Of a stretch of DNA of 32,415 nucleotides, positions 10,234 through 22,639 are shown piece by piece. A program made the position numbers and the translations under genes. How positions within the stretch are numbered: position 1 is the stretch's first letter; each line of letters starts with the position of its first letter. The DNA is from Diploschistes diacapsis (taxonomy: Eukaryota). The DNA lies in NCBI GenBank assembly GCA_023645945.1, contig JALAIB010000103.1, positions 1 to 32,415 on the forward strand. Reading direction: 5' to 3'. The notes under the pieces were generated by a model. The model was not told the origin of the DNA, ran no database searches, and saw only the letters and a list, made by a program, of their open reading frames with translations.

Positions 10234-11768
10234 TAACCATTGGAAGGAAAGACTTTGTGGCCCCTCGCTGTAATAGAAAATTGTTGCGAATAACAATGCA
10301 AACACTTGCCGCTTTCCCTTAGGCTATTAACATCCCATCGATATTCTGCCGTTCCGAGAAGGCTTGAAGCATCACACCAACCCACACCAACCCATTAACT
10401 TCAGCCCAGTAGATCCGGGCTCTATTGTAGTTGGTAGGTAGTAAGTAATCAAGACAAATACCACCTGGAGCGCATAGCCGTCGAGATGAACTTCATGCAT
10501 TTGAAGAGCGCGATATATGTCTCAGAGTTCGTCCTGCTGCTATCTGCTACTGTCTACCGATCGCACCAGGGCGCTCATCGAACTTCTCTCAGTCAGACGA
10601 ATCCCCATCAGCCTCTCCGCCTACGTTAATATACAAGGCCGGGAGCATCTCCTAATGTACCAGAGAGCTCTTTCACTCCTGCTGCTCTACCTAGCAGGCC
10701 AAAGTAGACATCAGGTCTCTCGAAGCTGCTGCTGCGCTCCTGCGGCCTTGTCTCGTAACGGCGTCACACGTCAGTATCGAGCCAATATCGTACTAGCTGT
10801 CGACGAGCATTCAATGCTCCCGGGCATTGAGATGTGAATGCCCACGTTGCGGTAGGGAGTAAGCCAGGCCAGTAGCTCCGGGCGCTGCAGCGACGGTCTT
10901 TCAGAGCATTGGATTGCTCTCGGAGATGAGATAACTGCTGTGCGGAACTGCTAGTTAGGGGATGCCCCAATGAAAGGGGGGTTTAGCTTCTTGCGATCGA
11001 AGCCCTTCTTTCAATGCAAAAGTATTTTGGTAACTCTCGACCCAGGTCAGCCAGAACCGAATTCGACATTGCTGTCCGTCCTGCGGCGTTTCCAGCAAAA
11101 AGTGTGAGAAATAGCCGTATGGGGTATGTCAACTCCCCCCGTCCAGCTTGGGCCTAGATCGAAAAGCATATTTATGCATCCTTTATCCCCCACAATTTGA
11201 TTGAGTCTGATTTAGGTTATTCCTGATGCGAAGAGAAATTGGCCCGCAAGTTCAATAGCCTTTTATCCTAAAAAGCTCTCCTCCATCATGACGGGATAAG
11301 ATGCGAACGGAGCCAATAGGGGCATGCGGGAAGAGCAGATAAGCTTACGATACATCTCGGCTTCAAAGTGTACCTCATGCCCTACTGCGTCGCGATCGGT
11401 AGTCTAGATACACGTACACGAGATTTCCATGATCTCTTATGTCCGGGTTCGGAGTGCAGCAATCATGCTTCAAGATGTATTGGTATTAAGGCAAGAAAAG
11501 TGCCATGATGGCAAAATCTGGCGCAGCAAACTCTGTACAGTTCTCCCGAGCAGCTCAAGCATGATGGAAATCTACGTCATGAAGGAAAGCAAAAGAAGAG
11601 TCACAGGTAAGTCAAAGACCTTTTGCAAGTACAATTATACTCTCTACTCCTCTCATCCGTGCTCAACCAATCCTGTTGACAACCCATTTCCCATCTCCCC
11701 TTCCTATTCCCCCAAATCAGCAGACAAACAACCCCCTCCCCTCAAAGAAACAGAAAGAAAGAACCAGC

Positions 11769-12602
11769 ATGCCGGCCCCCCTCTCCTTCCGCACGGCCGT
11801 CATAACCGGCGGCGCCGGCGGCATCGGCCTGCGGCTCGCGACCTGGCTGCAGTCGCTGGGCAAGAAGGTGATCATCGTCGGGCGCACGGAGTCCAAGCTG
11901 CGCACAGCCTCCGCCGAGACGCTGCGCAGCTGCCCCTACTACGTGCTCGACACCTCGCACATCGCGTCCATCGCGCCCTTCGTGGACCGGCTGCTCGCCG
12001 AGCACCCGGACACGGACTGCCTGATCAACAACGCCGGGGTTCAGCGGCCGCTGTACTTCTCCCTCTCCTCTTCCAGCGGCAGCGACAGCAACACCGTCAT
12101 CAAAAAAAGTTGCACCTTCGACCTCCCCGCCGCCGACGCCGAGATCGACACCAATATCCGCGGCCCCATGCATCTAACCGTGCACCTGCTCCCGCACCTC
12201 GCCACAAAACCCTCGGGCACGATCGTCAACGTCAGCAGCGTGCTGGGCTTCGTGCCCTTCAGCGTCATCAACCCGGTCTACAACGGCACCAAGGCCTGGC
12301 TGCACTTCCACACGCTCAACATGCGCACCCAGCTGCGGCGCGAGGCGCCCAACGTGACCGTCATCGAGATCGCGCCGCCGGCCGTCGGCACGGACTTGCA
12401 TCGGGAGCGCGAGGACCCAGATGATAACAAGGAGGGGAGGAATGGGAGCTTGACGCTGGAGCAGTTCATGGAGGATGTGGTGCCGCAGTGGGAGAGGGGC
12501 GAGACGTTTATTACCGCAGGCATGGGGCATCAGGTGGCGGCGATGTGGTATGAAGGGATGGGCGAGAGGTATAGGGGGGCGGATGAGGCGTATGCGAAGT
12601 GA
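11769..12602 (+). CDS. Short-chain dehydrogenase/reductase (classical SDR, DltE-like), 277 aa, intronless
   Basis: TGGAGGIG Rossmann motif, NNAG, NVSS, catalytic YNGTK, EIAPP. ATG at 11769 in the frame of the 11676 ORF. Confidence 0.92.
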   Translation: MPAPLSFRTAVITGGAGGIGLRLATWLQSLGKKVIIVGRTESKLRTASAETLRSCPYYVLDTSHIASIAPFVDRLLAEHPDTDCLINNAGVQRPLYFSLSSSSGSDSNTVIKKSCTFDLPAADAEIDTNIRGPMHLTVHLLPHLATKPSGTIVNVSSVLGFVPFSVINPVYNGTKAWLHFHTLNMRTQLRREAPNVTVIEIAPPAVGTDLHREREDPDDNKEGRNGSLTLEQFMEDVVPQWERGETFITAGMGHQVAAMWYEGMGERYRGADEAYAK

Positions 12603-12802
12603 AGGGTGCGTTGTTTGGTTGATGGGTAACGATAATGTGAACGAAGAAAGAGAAGGATGAAGACCATAGTATGGGATTGCGAACGCAAGCATATAATGAG
12701 TTGCTGTTTGGCGTAGCATAATACACAGAACGTGCTTCGAATGCTAGATACATACTAATGACGTACGCGTGTAGGTCATAGAAGCGCCAGAATCTCGAGT
12801 CG

Positions 12803-15800
12803 TCACTTCTCGGGTACCTTGCCCAGATCGTAGAGCAAGCAAGCTCGTGTTCGAAAATTATAAACCCAACAACCCCTCGCGCCCTTGGCGGTACTACACG
12901 TATTGGCAGCTTCGGCCTTATCCAGGAGCAGTTCATGCACTTGCGTCAGGTACTGCCTGTCTACTAGGGGCGCGCCCTGGATGAAGCGGCGCCAGCTGTC
13001 CGGGTCGGACAGCCGGGTGTCGCGGAGGCCTTCAAAGAGCTCGTCCTTGATCTCGATGGCTGCAATCGGACTGTCAAGAAACGACTGTGCCACCTCGAGG
13101 GTACGGGCCTGCGCATCCTCCACCACACCGCGCCTGTTCGTCTTCTTTCCTCTACTCTGCGAGATTAGCACCGATACGTCGGTATCGCGGTCCGCTGTCT
13201 CTTGGAGACCGCCCTGGTGCTGAGCTTTGGACTTTTCTGCCCTGTCGTCCGTTCGGTCACGCTCTCGCATTTCGAGCCGTAGCCAACCGAGGAGTTCCGA
13301 GCTCCTGATTTCGACATCTTCTCTGCTTACGGTGCTTCTTACCCGAAGTGTCTCGTCTTGCTTGATCAAGACAACCCAGCCATGGCTCGCTCCGCCTCGG
13401 GACTGCTGTCCGTGTTGTCCATGTCCCTTTGATTCAGGGGTATCCGTATCAATGACCAACTCGGCACTGATATCATTAGCCCATAGCTCCTGCACGATCC
13501 TGATACCGTTTGACCGTAGAATAGCCGAATCGACGCTGTCAACGAGCACATCGCATCTCCTATCCCTGAAGGCGTACGATGGCTCTTCGGACTTCTTCAA
13601 AACCCATTTTCCGCTCTCGCTTTGATGTCGAGCCATCGAACCAACTAGGTTCTCCCATGCTAGGTTGAAGCCAACGGCATGTCGTGGATTGGAGTTGGAA
13701 CCCGCTCGTTGGTCCCTGATGAGTTGATCATAGCGACCGCCGGCACATAGAACCCTGTTTCTCTTGTTTGTCTTCCAAATGCACTGGAAAAGGAGGTTGC
13801 CGCGATAGAACTTCTCGTTCACACTAGCAAGCGGACTGACAAGAACCTCGCGCTTAACGCGAAACCGTTCTAGGTAAGCAACAATTGCCTCTAGATGCCG
13901 GAAAGTCGACTCCAATTCTTCTGTATCTTGAAGTAGATTGCGTAGTTTCGATACTGCTATTGGGTAGGCGTCTCGAAAGTCAAAGCGGGCAAGATCCTCG
14001 AGCGATGTGGAAGGGACGGCCACAGCAGGTGATCTCAGCTCTGTCTTGATCTTTGACCAGGTCCACTGTCCGATGTTGAGTCTGCTTATGATCTGCTTCA
14101 CTGCGGGGACTTTTTCCTCCGGTATTTGACAAAAACTGAGAACGGTATTCAGTAGCTTGGAATGTGACAAATGGAAAGAAATGGTCGCAGCAGTCAAGGA
14201 CGGTATGTTATCAATTACCTCGTCCATGACTTTTATTACTTCTGCCTCGCGAAGAGCCAGATCCAAAGAATTATCTGAGACGATATCGAAGTCGACCTCG
14301 CCATGCATCCGAGGGTGATGCCCTGCAGGGGCTTCTCTGAATACGGAGCCGAAGGTAAAGGACTTGCGCGCAACTTCATCACTGCCTCGTTTCGCCAGCA
14401 AACGCGCGAATGGTAATGTAAGGTCATATGGCAGTTGCACCACATTACCGGCGGTATCTATGAGCCTAACCGCGGCGTCGCCGTACATCGTGGACGCTGA
14501 CGCTGGCAGTAGCTGCGGTCTTTGCATCTCGACAGCACCGTGACGGCGAAAGACAGCGATGAGTTGGTCCCTGATGTAGCAATGGAGCAAACCTTCGGGA
14601 GCCGACTTTAATGTCAGGTCCAGGTCGAAAGTGTAATCTTTAGCATTTGCCGCTTCCCGGTTCGAGCCATCTCGGCTTTGAGTAAAGAGCTCGGTTAAAA
14701 ATCGAGCGTAGAACGCCGAATTCTTGTCCGAGAGCGAGCGAAGAGCCGTACGTATCGTTTCGTCTTCCACATGAGATGGGATTTTACCGCTGCGCAAAAG
14801 CTCATGGCTCGAAGGACGCTCGCCAACTTCGTGCCTTACGAGGGCCTTTACAATTTCACCCTGTAAAGCCTTTTCAGGGCTCTCTAAAGCTACAGGTAGC
14901 TTTGCGTGGGATTGACGTAGATCTCCGAGGATCTGAGCCCGCTCCATTCCTGTTTTCAGAGGGTAGCTCATTTCGAAGAGGATGACCCCGAGCGAGTACA
15001 TGTCAGCCTTCTCGTTGTAACTTCCTCCTCCAGAGGATTTGACCTCTGGTGCGACGTAGATTGACGTTCCAATGCTGGCAGTCAGTCGAGGATCGACAAA
15101 CCCTTTGTTGGCACCTAACCTACCGCTGGCCTCACCTGGGCGAGCCAATCCAAAGTCACCAATGCGGACTGTATTCGACTGATCGAGCGTAATGAAAATG
15201 TTTTCGGGCTTAAGGTCGCGATGAATGACCCCATTTGCATGTATGTAAGCTAGGCCTTCGAGGATTTGACGGAACAGACGCCAGCACTCTTCGATGTCCG
15301 AGTGTAGGTCCCCTCGGATTAGATCACGTAATGTTTGTTTGTCACAATATTCCATTTGAATGTAAAGAGTAACCTTTGTAATGACTGAGCTGGACCGCCG
15401 ACGGCGAGGTTCTGGTAGTGTGGGAAGTACTGGCCGAGAGCTTGGCTTAGTCTCTTCCTCGTCCTGAGAATCATGGACAGCCTCCTCTTCATCACTATCG
15501 TACCCAAATTCGATCGTCGGATGTCCTCTTGAGCTGATAAAGTCCAACTCTTGCGTATTGGAATTGGTAAGCTGAGACAGAGACTCGCTGAAATCAGCAG
15601 ATGTTTCCGGTTCGAGCTCTGACTTGGAAACATGTTGTGGCGCGCCTTCTTCTTCGATCCAGGCAGTATAATAACGAACGATGAAAGGATTATTAAGTCT
15701 TGAAAGAAGCATGATCTCGCTCAGAACGCCACTTAGGGCAGCAGTGGATGTCTGCACAATCTTCTTGATAGCGTACATTGTGCCATCCAGTTTGTTGCGG

Positions 15801-17668
15801 GCACGAACTACCTCGCCAAAACCACCCTTCCCAAGTCTGCCGCCTTCGACGAAATCGTTTACATACCGCGATGTCGGGCCATGCGCGGCGACAGAATCAT
15901 GTCTAGCTCGAGGCGTTCGCGGTGTACGTGGAACCGAGGTTGTAGAAGTAATTCTTGAAAGTCCCTCTGGAGACCTGGGGTCGATGACGGGCTCGTTGCT
16001 GCGCAGAAACTCGTTCGCTAATAGATTGAAACAAACTGGGCGCTTCTTTGGATCGGCTTTGAAAAACTGGAGTAGTAGATCTTCAAAGCTTTCAGTAAGA
16101 TCTAACCCTTCGATGAGAGAATTAGACGAATTATAGTGCCTCTGAACTTCCAAACCAAACACCATTTGTAGAAAGGTAACTCCCAGGTCCCAAATATCTT
16201 TCGAGCTTGAGGGCTCGTTTGAGTTACTTGAAGCAATTTCAGGAGCAATCCAGTAGGCCGAGGCTGCAGAGGAAAACTTGTCAAACCCGACCTTGAGAGA
16301 GTGAAGTTTCTGCTGGAACAAAGCATCACTTAGCTTGACGACTGTCCGTCCGTCCTCAGAGCGATCAAGGAGGATATTGTCCGAACTCAGCCGACCATGT
16401 ACAATACGATGGCGGTGTAGAAAGTCTAGAGCTTCTAAAATGTCGATAGTCCACGCTCTTATGGTACGCAGTTCAAGATACTCAACGCTCTCAAGCAAGT
16501 CTCTTAACGACCCTCGTTGAGCAAAAGGCATAACTACTCGCACATGCCAAGTAATCGCCTCCTTCTCCAGACGGAAGCCGAGAGGCTTGATTATGCCTAC
16601 ATGTGGAGCTAAATTCACGAGCGACTCAAGGTCTGCTTCCAAATCCTGTATAGCTTTCTTAAGGCTGTCACCGGAGTCTATCGAGACAATTGAGCACTCT
16701 TTGAGCACTAGGAACGGCATATCATCCTCTCTTGAATCAATGCACGCTGTAGAGACAGACGTGACCGGACCCTTTCGGTGCCGTGTCTTGCTCGTAATAG
16801 TACGGAATGAGACAACTGCGCCATCGCGTGTCCTGGCTTTCATCTCTTGATCGAAGGACAAACCTAACTTGGCAGGGAATTCCGCTCGCTTCGGCGACAG
16901 CTTCTTCTGAAGGCTTGCAAGTCTGGCACGATCTTGCTCTACCATTCGATCGAACACGCGGGCTTCTTCATCCTCGGCGGCCATTTGCTCCAGCTCTTCA
17001 GAAGCACGTAATTCCGCCGCTCGTCGTCGAGCCTCAGCATTCTTTGTTGCACGCTCTTCATCTAGCGCTGGCATATCTTGAGCCTCGGACAGCTTGGACG
17101 CTGCTAGGTCTAGATTCTCTTGGATTGACGTGGCTAGCTCGTAGATCATCTCCTGACCAGTAAGTTCCTTGGGCTTCGTGATAAGCTTGTCCTCAATGAC
17201 CTTCTTGGTGGTATTCGGTACATCATGGCTATACCTTAAAATACGACACCTTGGAGCAGTTTTTGGGTAAGTTGTTGGTAGTGTGACATGTACTGTTAGT
17301 GAAAGATCCTGCTTATCATGTTGGGAAGAAGCTTGTAAATTTATCTGGAAAGCCCTCTCTGTCCTCTTCTATAAAAAAGTCAGTGTCATCAACCCTACCT
17401 CATCAACTCTATAAGTGTACACGCCGCGTAACCAAGGAGACAATATAACGTACTTTTCTTACACCATCATTGTGTAGTCACATCTTCCGCACACACAGCG
17501 ATAGTATGAAAACAGATGGAGACTCAGACCATAGAACGATCAACCTACATTCCATGCCCCGCTCTTCGCCTTTTCTTCCACGAAGTCTTCCATGAAAATT
17601 GAGCGTAGTACCTCAACCTCATTTTCCTGGATCTCGGTATAGTTTGTTATATTGGGCGTTGAGGCCAT
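12803..17668 (-). CDS. GCN2: eIF2-alpha kinase Gcn2 (CpcC/Cpc-3), about 1561 aa, 2 exons
   Basis: Exon 1 17668-17549, intron 17548-17369, exon 2 17368-12803. RWD domain (QENEVEVLRSIF, TYPKTAP), pseudokinase, kinase (LGKGGFGEV, YAIKK, LYIQMEYC, HRDLKPEN, DFGLA), HisRS-like domain (LPYDLT, AGGRYD) and C-terminal domain. Confidence 0.96.
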
Positions 17669-18465
17669 ATTGACTTGTACGCTCAACCGAGGACGCTGAG
17701 GAGAGCTTGTGGGAACGGCGCCATACCGCTTACCATAAGAGATCAATAGACTGCATTAAGTAGGATTGCGTTAGGCTATCATACTACACAGGTTCACCTG
17801 GATAATCTACACGTAGAACAATAAACCTATCTTTTCGGCCCTTGAATTTCGCACTGCTCTTTAGCTGACGCGAGTAAGCCGCCTTAGGTAATACAGACCG
17901 AGCGGATAAACTGAAACGCCGCATGTCCTGGAAATCATCAAGCTCATAATAACAATGTGACAGACCTTCAGATCAACACAAAAAGCAAAAGCCACGGGTG
18001 TCACTTCCTATTGATTCTTGGAAGAATGCTTCCTTCTTCCTAAATCTGCGTATAACGGGTTCGTATCCCAATCGAGCAGGTAATGCGTGGAAGTGCCTGA
18101 TCCTTCTCCCTCAAGTGAGATAATTGCTAGTAATCTTAGTAAGAAGATGGATAGCCAATGGGGGAGCGAAGTCGAGGGCAGAGTATGCGAAATGTGGTGA
18201 TTGAGAGTCCCTGCTCGGCGGGCTCTTTGATCCAAGGTTCCGCGATAACAAGAAGGCAGAGAGGACGGCGGATTGACGCTAAAAGAATGGATGAGTATCA
18301 ACAAGCAGACGAGATAATAGCATAATGGAGAATACCTGCTTGTGTGACATTGAAACCATCTTTCCCAACTGTTTGACAGGTTCACGGGCCTCTGTATAGA
18401 TTCAAAGCCTGGTGTTTCAAAGCTTGATTCATTGTTATACCAGAAACGCAGAGGGGTATCATTGG

Positions 18466-19982
18466 CTAATCGCTATCTTCGTCGCTGTCGTATCCTACAA
18501 GGGAACCCATTAATCCTGATGTTGACTTACTCGCGCCAACTTCGCCTGCTCTGCCCACACTATATCCTTTCAAGGCCATAAGTGTCGAGTTCGATAGTAT
18601 CCCGCCCATCTGATCTGCGTCACCCGCCAGTTCGGCAACATCTAATTGCACCTCGCCTGCAGCCAAGCTCGTCCCATTCTCGTCTTTTGAGCCTTCTAAG
18701 AGCGATGGTTGACTCATGCTCTGTATCGCGCGTTTTCCCTCAGGGGAATCATGTGCATATGATCCATAGCTCCCTTCCAACCTCTTCCTCTTCACCGAGT
18801 TGAGATCTCTACCCTCAATCTCGGCAATGAACTCGGCCGGCAACGCTCTTCGCACTGCTTCTGCTGCTTGTTCTTCGATCCGCCGCGCCTCCCGTTTCTG
18901 AGCTAATGGATTGGGATCTTGCGTCGCCCATCTAACGTTCAAAATCTCTTCATGATCTAAGCTCTGATGAGCCATTGCTTCTTTTGCTACGCATTATTAG
19001 CCCATCCGCTCATGATCTGACCTATAAATCGCTCGTGGTACGTACCGAATGAAGCGTTTGCCTCATTAACATAGGTCACGAACTGTTCCAGCATTAAACT
19101 CTGCCATCCACATATCAAACTCGTGGTTACTCACCCCCACTCCTCTTCCAGTTAAAACGCGCATCCTCTCCACTTCTCCCCACTCGGCAAAATGCCTAGC
19201 CACCACCTCTTCAATATCATCGGTAACGTGAATCCTTCCAACGTAAAGCGTTCTGTTCTGCCGCATACTGTAAAGCGAGTCGTTAGCCCACTAATGCACT
19301 TGTTGGAGTTCGGGATAGACATACAAAGAACCAACACCTCCCATATCGTCGCGATAGTCATTGTGTTTATCGCGACCGAAGCAGTCAACGTTGGGATTAA
19401 AGTGGTCATGTAAACCTGGTAGACGATGCAAGTACTCGCATTCTTGCCCTTTGGGACTGTGCCTTGTTAGCTAATATCGATCGCGAGAGTGAAAACAGCC
19501 CACCAGAGTCCTCTGGCAAAAAAGAGGCAAAAGTAGCTTCCTTGAACCCTATCGCCTCTGGTATAGCCCGAGTCTTGAGCTACAGAACATCGTCCCTTGG
19601 CATGGGTTTGGGAAAGGTACTTATCTATCGGCAATCAGCAGTGTTTGACATAGGCAGAGCAGCAGCAAATACCTTCGCGGTCTCCTCCTGACCATTTATT
19701 ATACCACAGATTGAACGTCGAACCCGTCATCGGTGGACGCTCTGATTTGACATCCTCAGGATCAATTTGCGGTCGCGCGGGCCTCCTTTTTCGCCGTACT
19801 ATTTTCTTTGTTTTCTTTATTCCATCCTCGCTCGTAGTCACAGTCTGGTTGTTGTTGACAGTTGCAAGCGCGGTGGACGTATCTTCCCGTTCTGGTAGGA
19901 TAGCAGGCTCGTCATTGTGGCTGTTTTGTATGGGAGTAGATGCTGTTAGTGTGGGAGGAAGGATTGATTCAACTTCGGTCAT
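18466..19982 (-). CDS. CWC2: Pre-mRNA splicing factor Cwc2 (CCCH/Torus + RRM), 6 exons
   Basis: Exons 19982-19673, 19624-19504, 19456-19325, 19267-19135, 19082-19046 and 18986-18466. RPARPQ, FNLWYNKWSGGD, FCLFFARGLCPKGQECEYLH, DYRDDMGGVGSF, NRTLYVG, AKEAMAHQSL, LNVRWATQDPNP. Confidence 0.95.
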
Positions 19983-20403
19983 GGCGACTGGTGATCGAGG
20001 AGCGAGGAGCTAAACTGTGCAGTGGTAGGGAAATTTTTGAGGTCAAGATACACGAATACCACCATCTGATCGGGATTTACTACGGAAGTTATTCCGACGG
20101 AAGCGGTACTTTCCGTAAGGCTGAGATTTATTTACACTTAGGTGAACCCTCGTGAGTTTTTTCGATTTATCAAAAGCCTACTTTAGATACTTTCGCGGTT
20201 GAAAGTCGCTCACTCAGTGTGCTGCTTGAAAGCTCTACACTGCTATACTTCAGAGGGGTTAGTATCAGCTTGATGGTTTCCGCGAAGGTGGTGAAAGTTT
20301 GTTCAGCATTCCAGCTCGCATCCCTTCTTTTGCACCATGCTTCCCTCTCAAATTTGCAAAGGAGATTCTCTTCTTTTGTTGTCCGCCATTATGAACACTC
20401 GCC

Positions 20404-21861
20404 ATGATGATCGTGAAAGTGCGAACAGTGATACTTGGTGTTGCATGCTTGGTCTTTGTTTTGATCCTCAAGTTCCAGTGGGATAAGAGGATAGTCTATC
20501 GTACAACTACCGGCTTACCGCCCCTTTACCGTGTCCTCGGCAAGCCGGTGGTAGACACGACAGCGCAAATCAAGTTCTGGAGAGCCCTGGAATCATTGCT
20601 GACAAGCAATGGACCTGGCATTTTTCGACCCGAGCAGAATGGGAGCCAACCCAATATTTACTACAACGCTAATCAGGAATATTTCTTCCCTGAACTAATC
20701 TCAATGGACGGGGAACAAATCATATCGATGAAAAAAGGTCATGACAACTACATTAAAGCGACAAAGGCTCATGAGCTGAACCTTATTTACAATAAAGATA
20801 CTAAAGGAATTGTTTGCACCGCGGGCGGCTCCTATCTTCCACTCGTGGTCATTATGCTGAGGATCCTACAGAATCTGGGATCGACCCTTTCAGTGGAAGT
20901 ATTTCTCGAGTCTGGCGAGGAGTATGAGAGCTACATCTGTGAAACTGTCTTTCCCGCACTCAACGCACGATGCGTCATCCTTTCGGAGATCCTCAATGTC
21001 GTCCCACATCCCGTGGAAATTGGCCACTTTCAATTGAAGCTGTTTGCTTTGCTCTTTTCCTCATTTGAACAAGTGTTATTCTTAGATGCAGACACTTTCC
21101 CGGTCCACGATCCCAAGGTGCTCTTCGAAACCGAACCATTTGCTTCCACTGGAATGGTCCTTTGGCCAGACTTCTGGTATGCTACGCCATCTCGGTACTT
21201 CTTCGACATCACGTCATGGGAGAAACTGCCCAACTCTTTTCGACAAGCTACGGAGAGTGGGGAGATCTTGATCTCCAAAAAGACCCACAAAAAGACACTT
21301 TTAATGGCTGCATACTACAACTACTGGGGCCCAGAGCATTATTACCCGTTACTCGCCCAAGGCGGCCCAGGGGAGGGCGACAAAGAGACATTTCTGCCTG
21401 CAGCAGAAGTTGCGGGTGATCTTGTCTACCAAGTAAGTGAAGAGGTTGTGGCTATTGGACACGAAGAAGACGGGTTCATTGCTGGCTCGGCCATGGTTCA
21501 GTTCGACCCCGTTGAGGACTATCGCCTCACGTCGCAAGGTATTTGGCGTAATAAAAGGCCTGGAGCTGCACTGTCGCCCCGTCCTTACTTTGTGCATGTT
21601 AATTTTCCCAAATTCAACCCTGGCCGTATTTACGACGACTGGGGCTTACTGCATTGGAAGAATGGTACGGTCCGGCGAGCCTGGATAGACGAAGCATCGA
21701 CGATGGCACTCTTCGAAATAGATGTCGAGAAGATGTACTGGCTGCAGTCTATGTGGGTCGCGTGCAATCTCGAAGATAAATTCAGAGACTGGTTTGGTAA
21801 GGAAGACGTCTGCAGAAAGGCGACAGAGTATTGGGAAGCTATGTTTGGAGGAAGAATGTGA
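20404..21861 (+). CDS. Alpha-1,2-mannosyltransferase, Mnn2/Mnn5 family (GT71), type II membrane protein, 485 aa
   Basis: N-terminal TM, GIVCTAGG, ALLFSSFEQVLFLDAD (DxD), LWPDFW, TESGE, YYNYWGP..YYPLLAQG..GEGDKETF, HVNFPK. Confidence 0.92.
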   Translation: MMIVKVRTVILGVACLVFVLILKFQWDKRIVYRTTTGLPPLYRVLGKPVVDTTAQIKFWRALESLLTSNGPGIFRPEQNGSQPNIYYNANQEYFFPELISMDGEQIISMKKGHDNYIKATKAHELNLIYNKDTKGIVCTAGGSYLPLVVIMLRILQNLGSTLSVEVFLESGEEYESYICETVFPALNARCVILSEILNVVPHPVEIGHFQLKLFALLFSSFEQVLFLDADTFPVHDPKVLFETEPFASTGMVLWPDFWYATPSRYFFDITSWEKLPNSFRQATESGEILISKKTHKKTLLMAAYYNYWGPEHYYPLLAQGGPGEGDKETFLPAAEVAGDLVYQVSEEVVAIGHEEDGFIAGSAMVQFDPVEDYRLTSQGIWRNKRPGAALSPRPYFVHVNFPKFNPGRIYDDWGLLHWKNGTVRRAWIDEASTMALFEIDVEKMYWLQSMWVACNLEDKFRDWFGKEDVCRKATEYWEAMFGGRM

Positions 21862-22639
21862 ACTTTCAAGGTTCTTTGTATCAGTTATCAACTACTTTTA
21901 CAACGTCCGCGCCCCTTTGTCCTGAAGCACGTCGTGTACGTGTTACTCTTTATTTTGACTACGCAATTCCCTAGTGGCAGCAATCTGAATCCCGCTAAGG
22001 ATGAATCCCTGATATTGGAACAACGTGGGTGGGACACAAGATCTCTTAAATGTGGTACAGATCGCAATGGAGCAGGATCGGCGCTAATAATGGGTAGGTT
22101 TAACGTCATAGACATCCAAATCCGGCAAAGGCTCCTATTGCTCCATTATCCATGTTTTGAGCTCCTCTTTTATATCCTTATACAAGCTTCCTTCTGTCTT
22201 ATGATCCACTGCGCTGAATTAGAACACGGATACCTTTTCCCATTGCAAAGCTCCACTTTGTGCGCAAGCGATCCCCAAGATCCCTTCAGCGTAAGAAAGC
22301 AAGGAAGAAGCGACACTAGATAGGGTTTAGTCAGGCTTGAGGCGGAGCGCTATACCAACAAAACTTTGCTTTTTCATTCAAGAGCCGTTGACTAGCCTTG
22401 CCTGGATTCACAAAATTTGCGTTCGCGTTATCGTCATCTCATATACCTAGCCTATCGTGCTCACAGTGTGCAGGGCCGACCCAGAGTAGTATCGCTCGAG
22501 TCTGCTCGACTATCCTTTCCAGTCTCATGTAGTGTTCTTCATATTTTGAATGACATTGAGCCCCCCAATACCAAGAACGCTTGCGCGCCGTTTGATTTCG
22601 CGACCATTACATTGCTCTTTTTTTTCTGTGAGCCCAATA

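Noticed and set aside
10440..10970. Coding-like stretch between the second PTH11-like gene and the SDR
   Set aside because: No recognisable motif or consistent exon structure in any frame. It could be an old relic but cannot be supported without BLASTx.
11183..11343. Four GATAA sites and a CCAAT upstream of the SDR
   Set aside because: Short motifs 430-590 bp upstream with no independent support; not distinguishable from chance.
11429..12424. 331-aa ORF overlapping the SDR, and long antisense ORFs over the photolyase (23391-24236) and S53 (31646-32281) genes
   Set aside because: Shadow ORFs expected from high GC3 codon usage, with Arg/His/Ala- or Val/Leu-rich nonsense composition.
18008..18385. 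125-aa ORF between CWC2 and GCN2
   Set aside because: Non-ATG start, no motifs, and it lies in the expected CWC2 3' UTR or GCN2 promoter.
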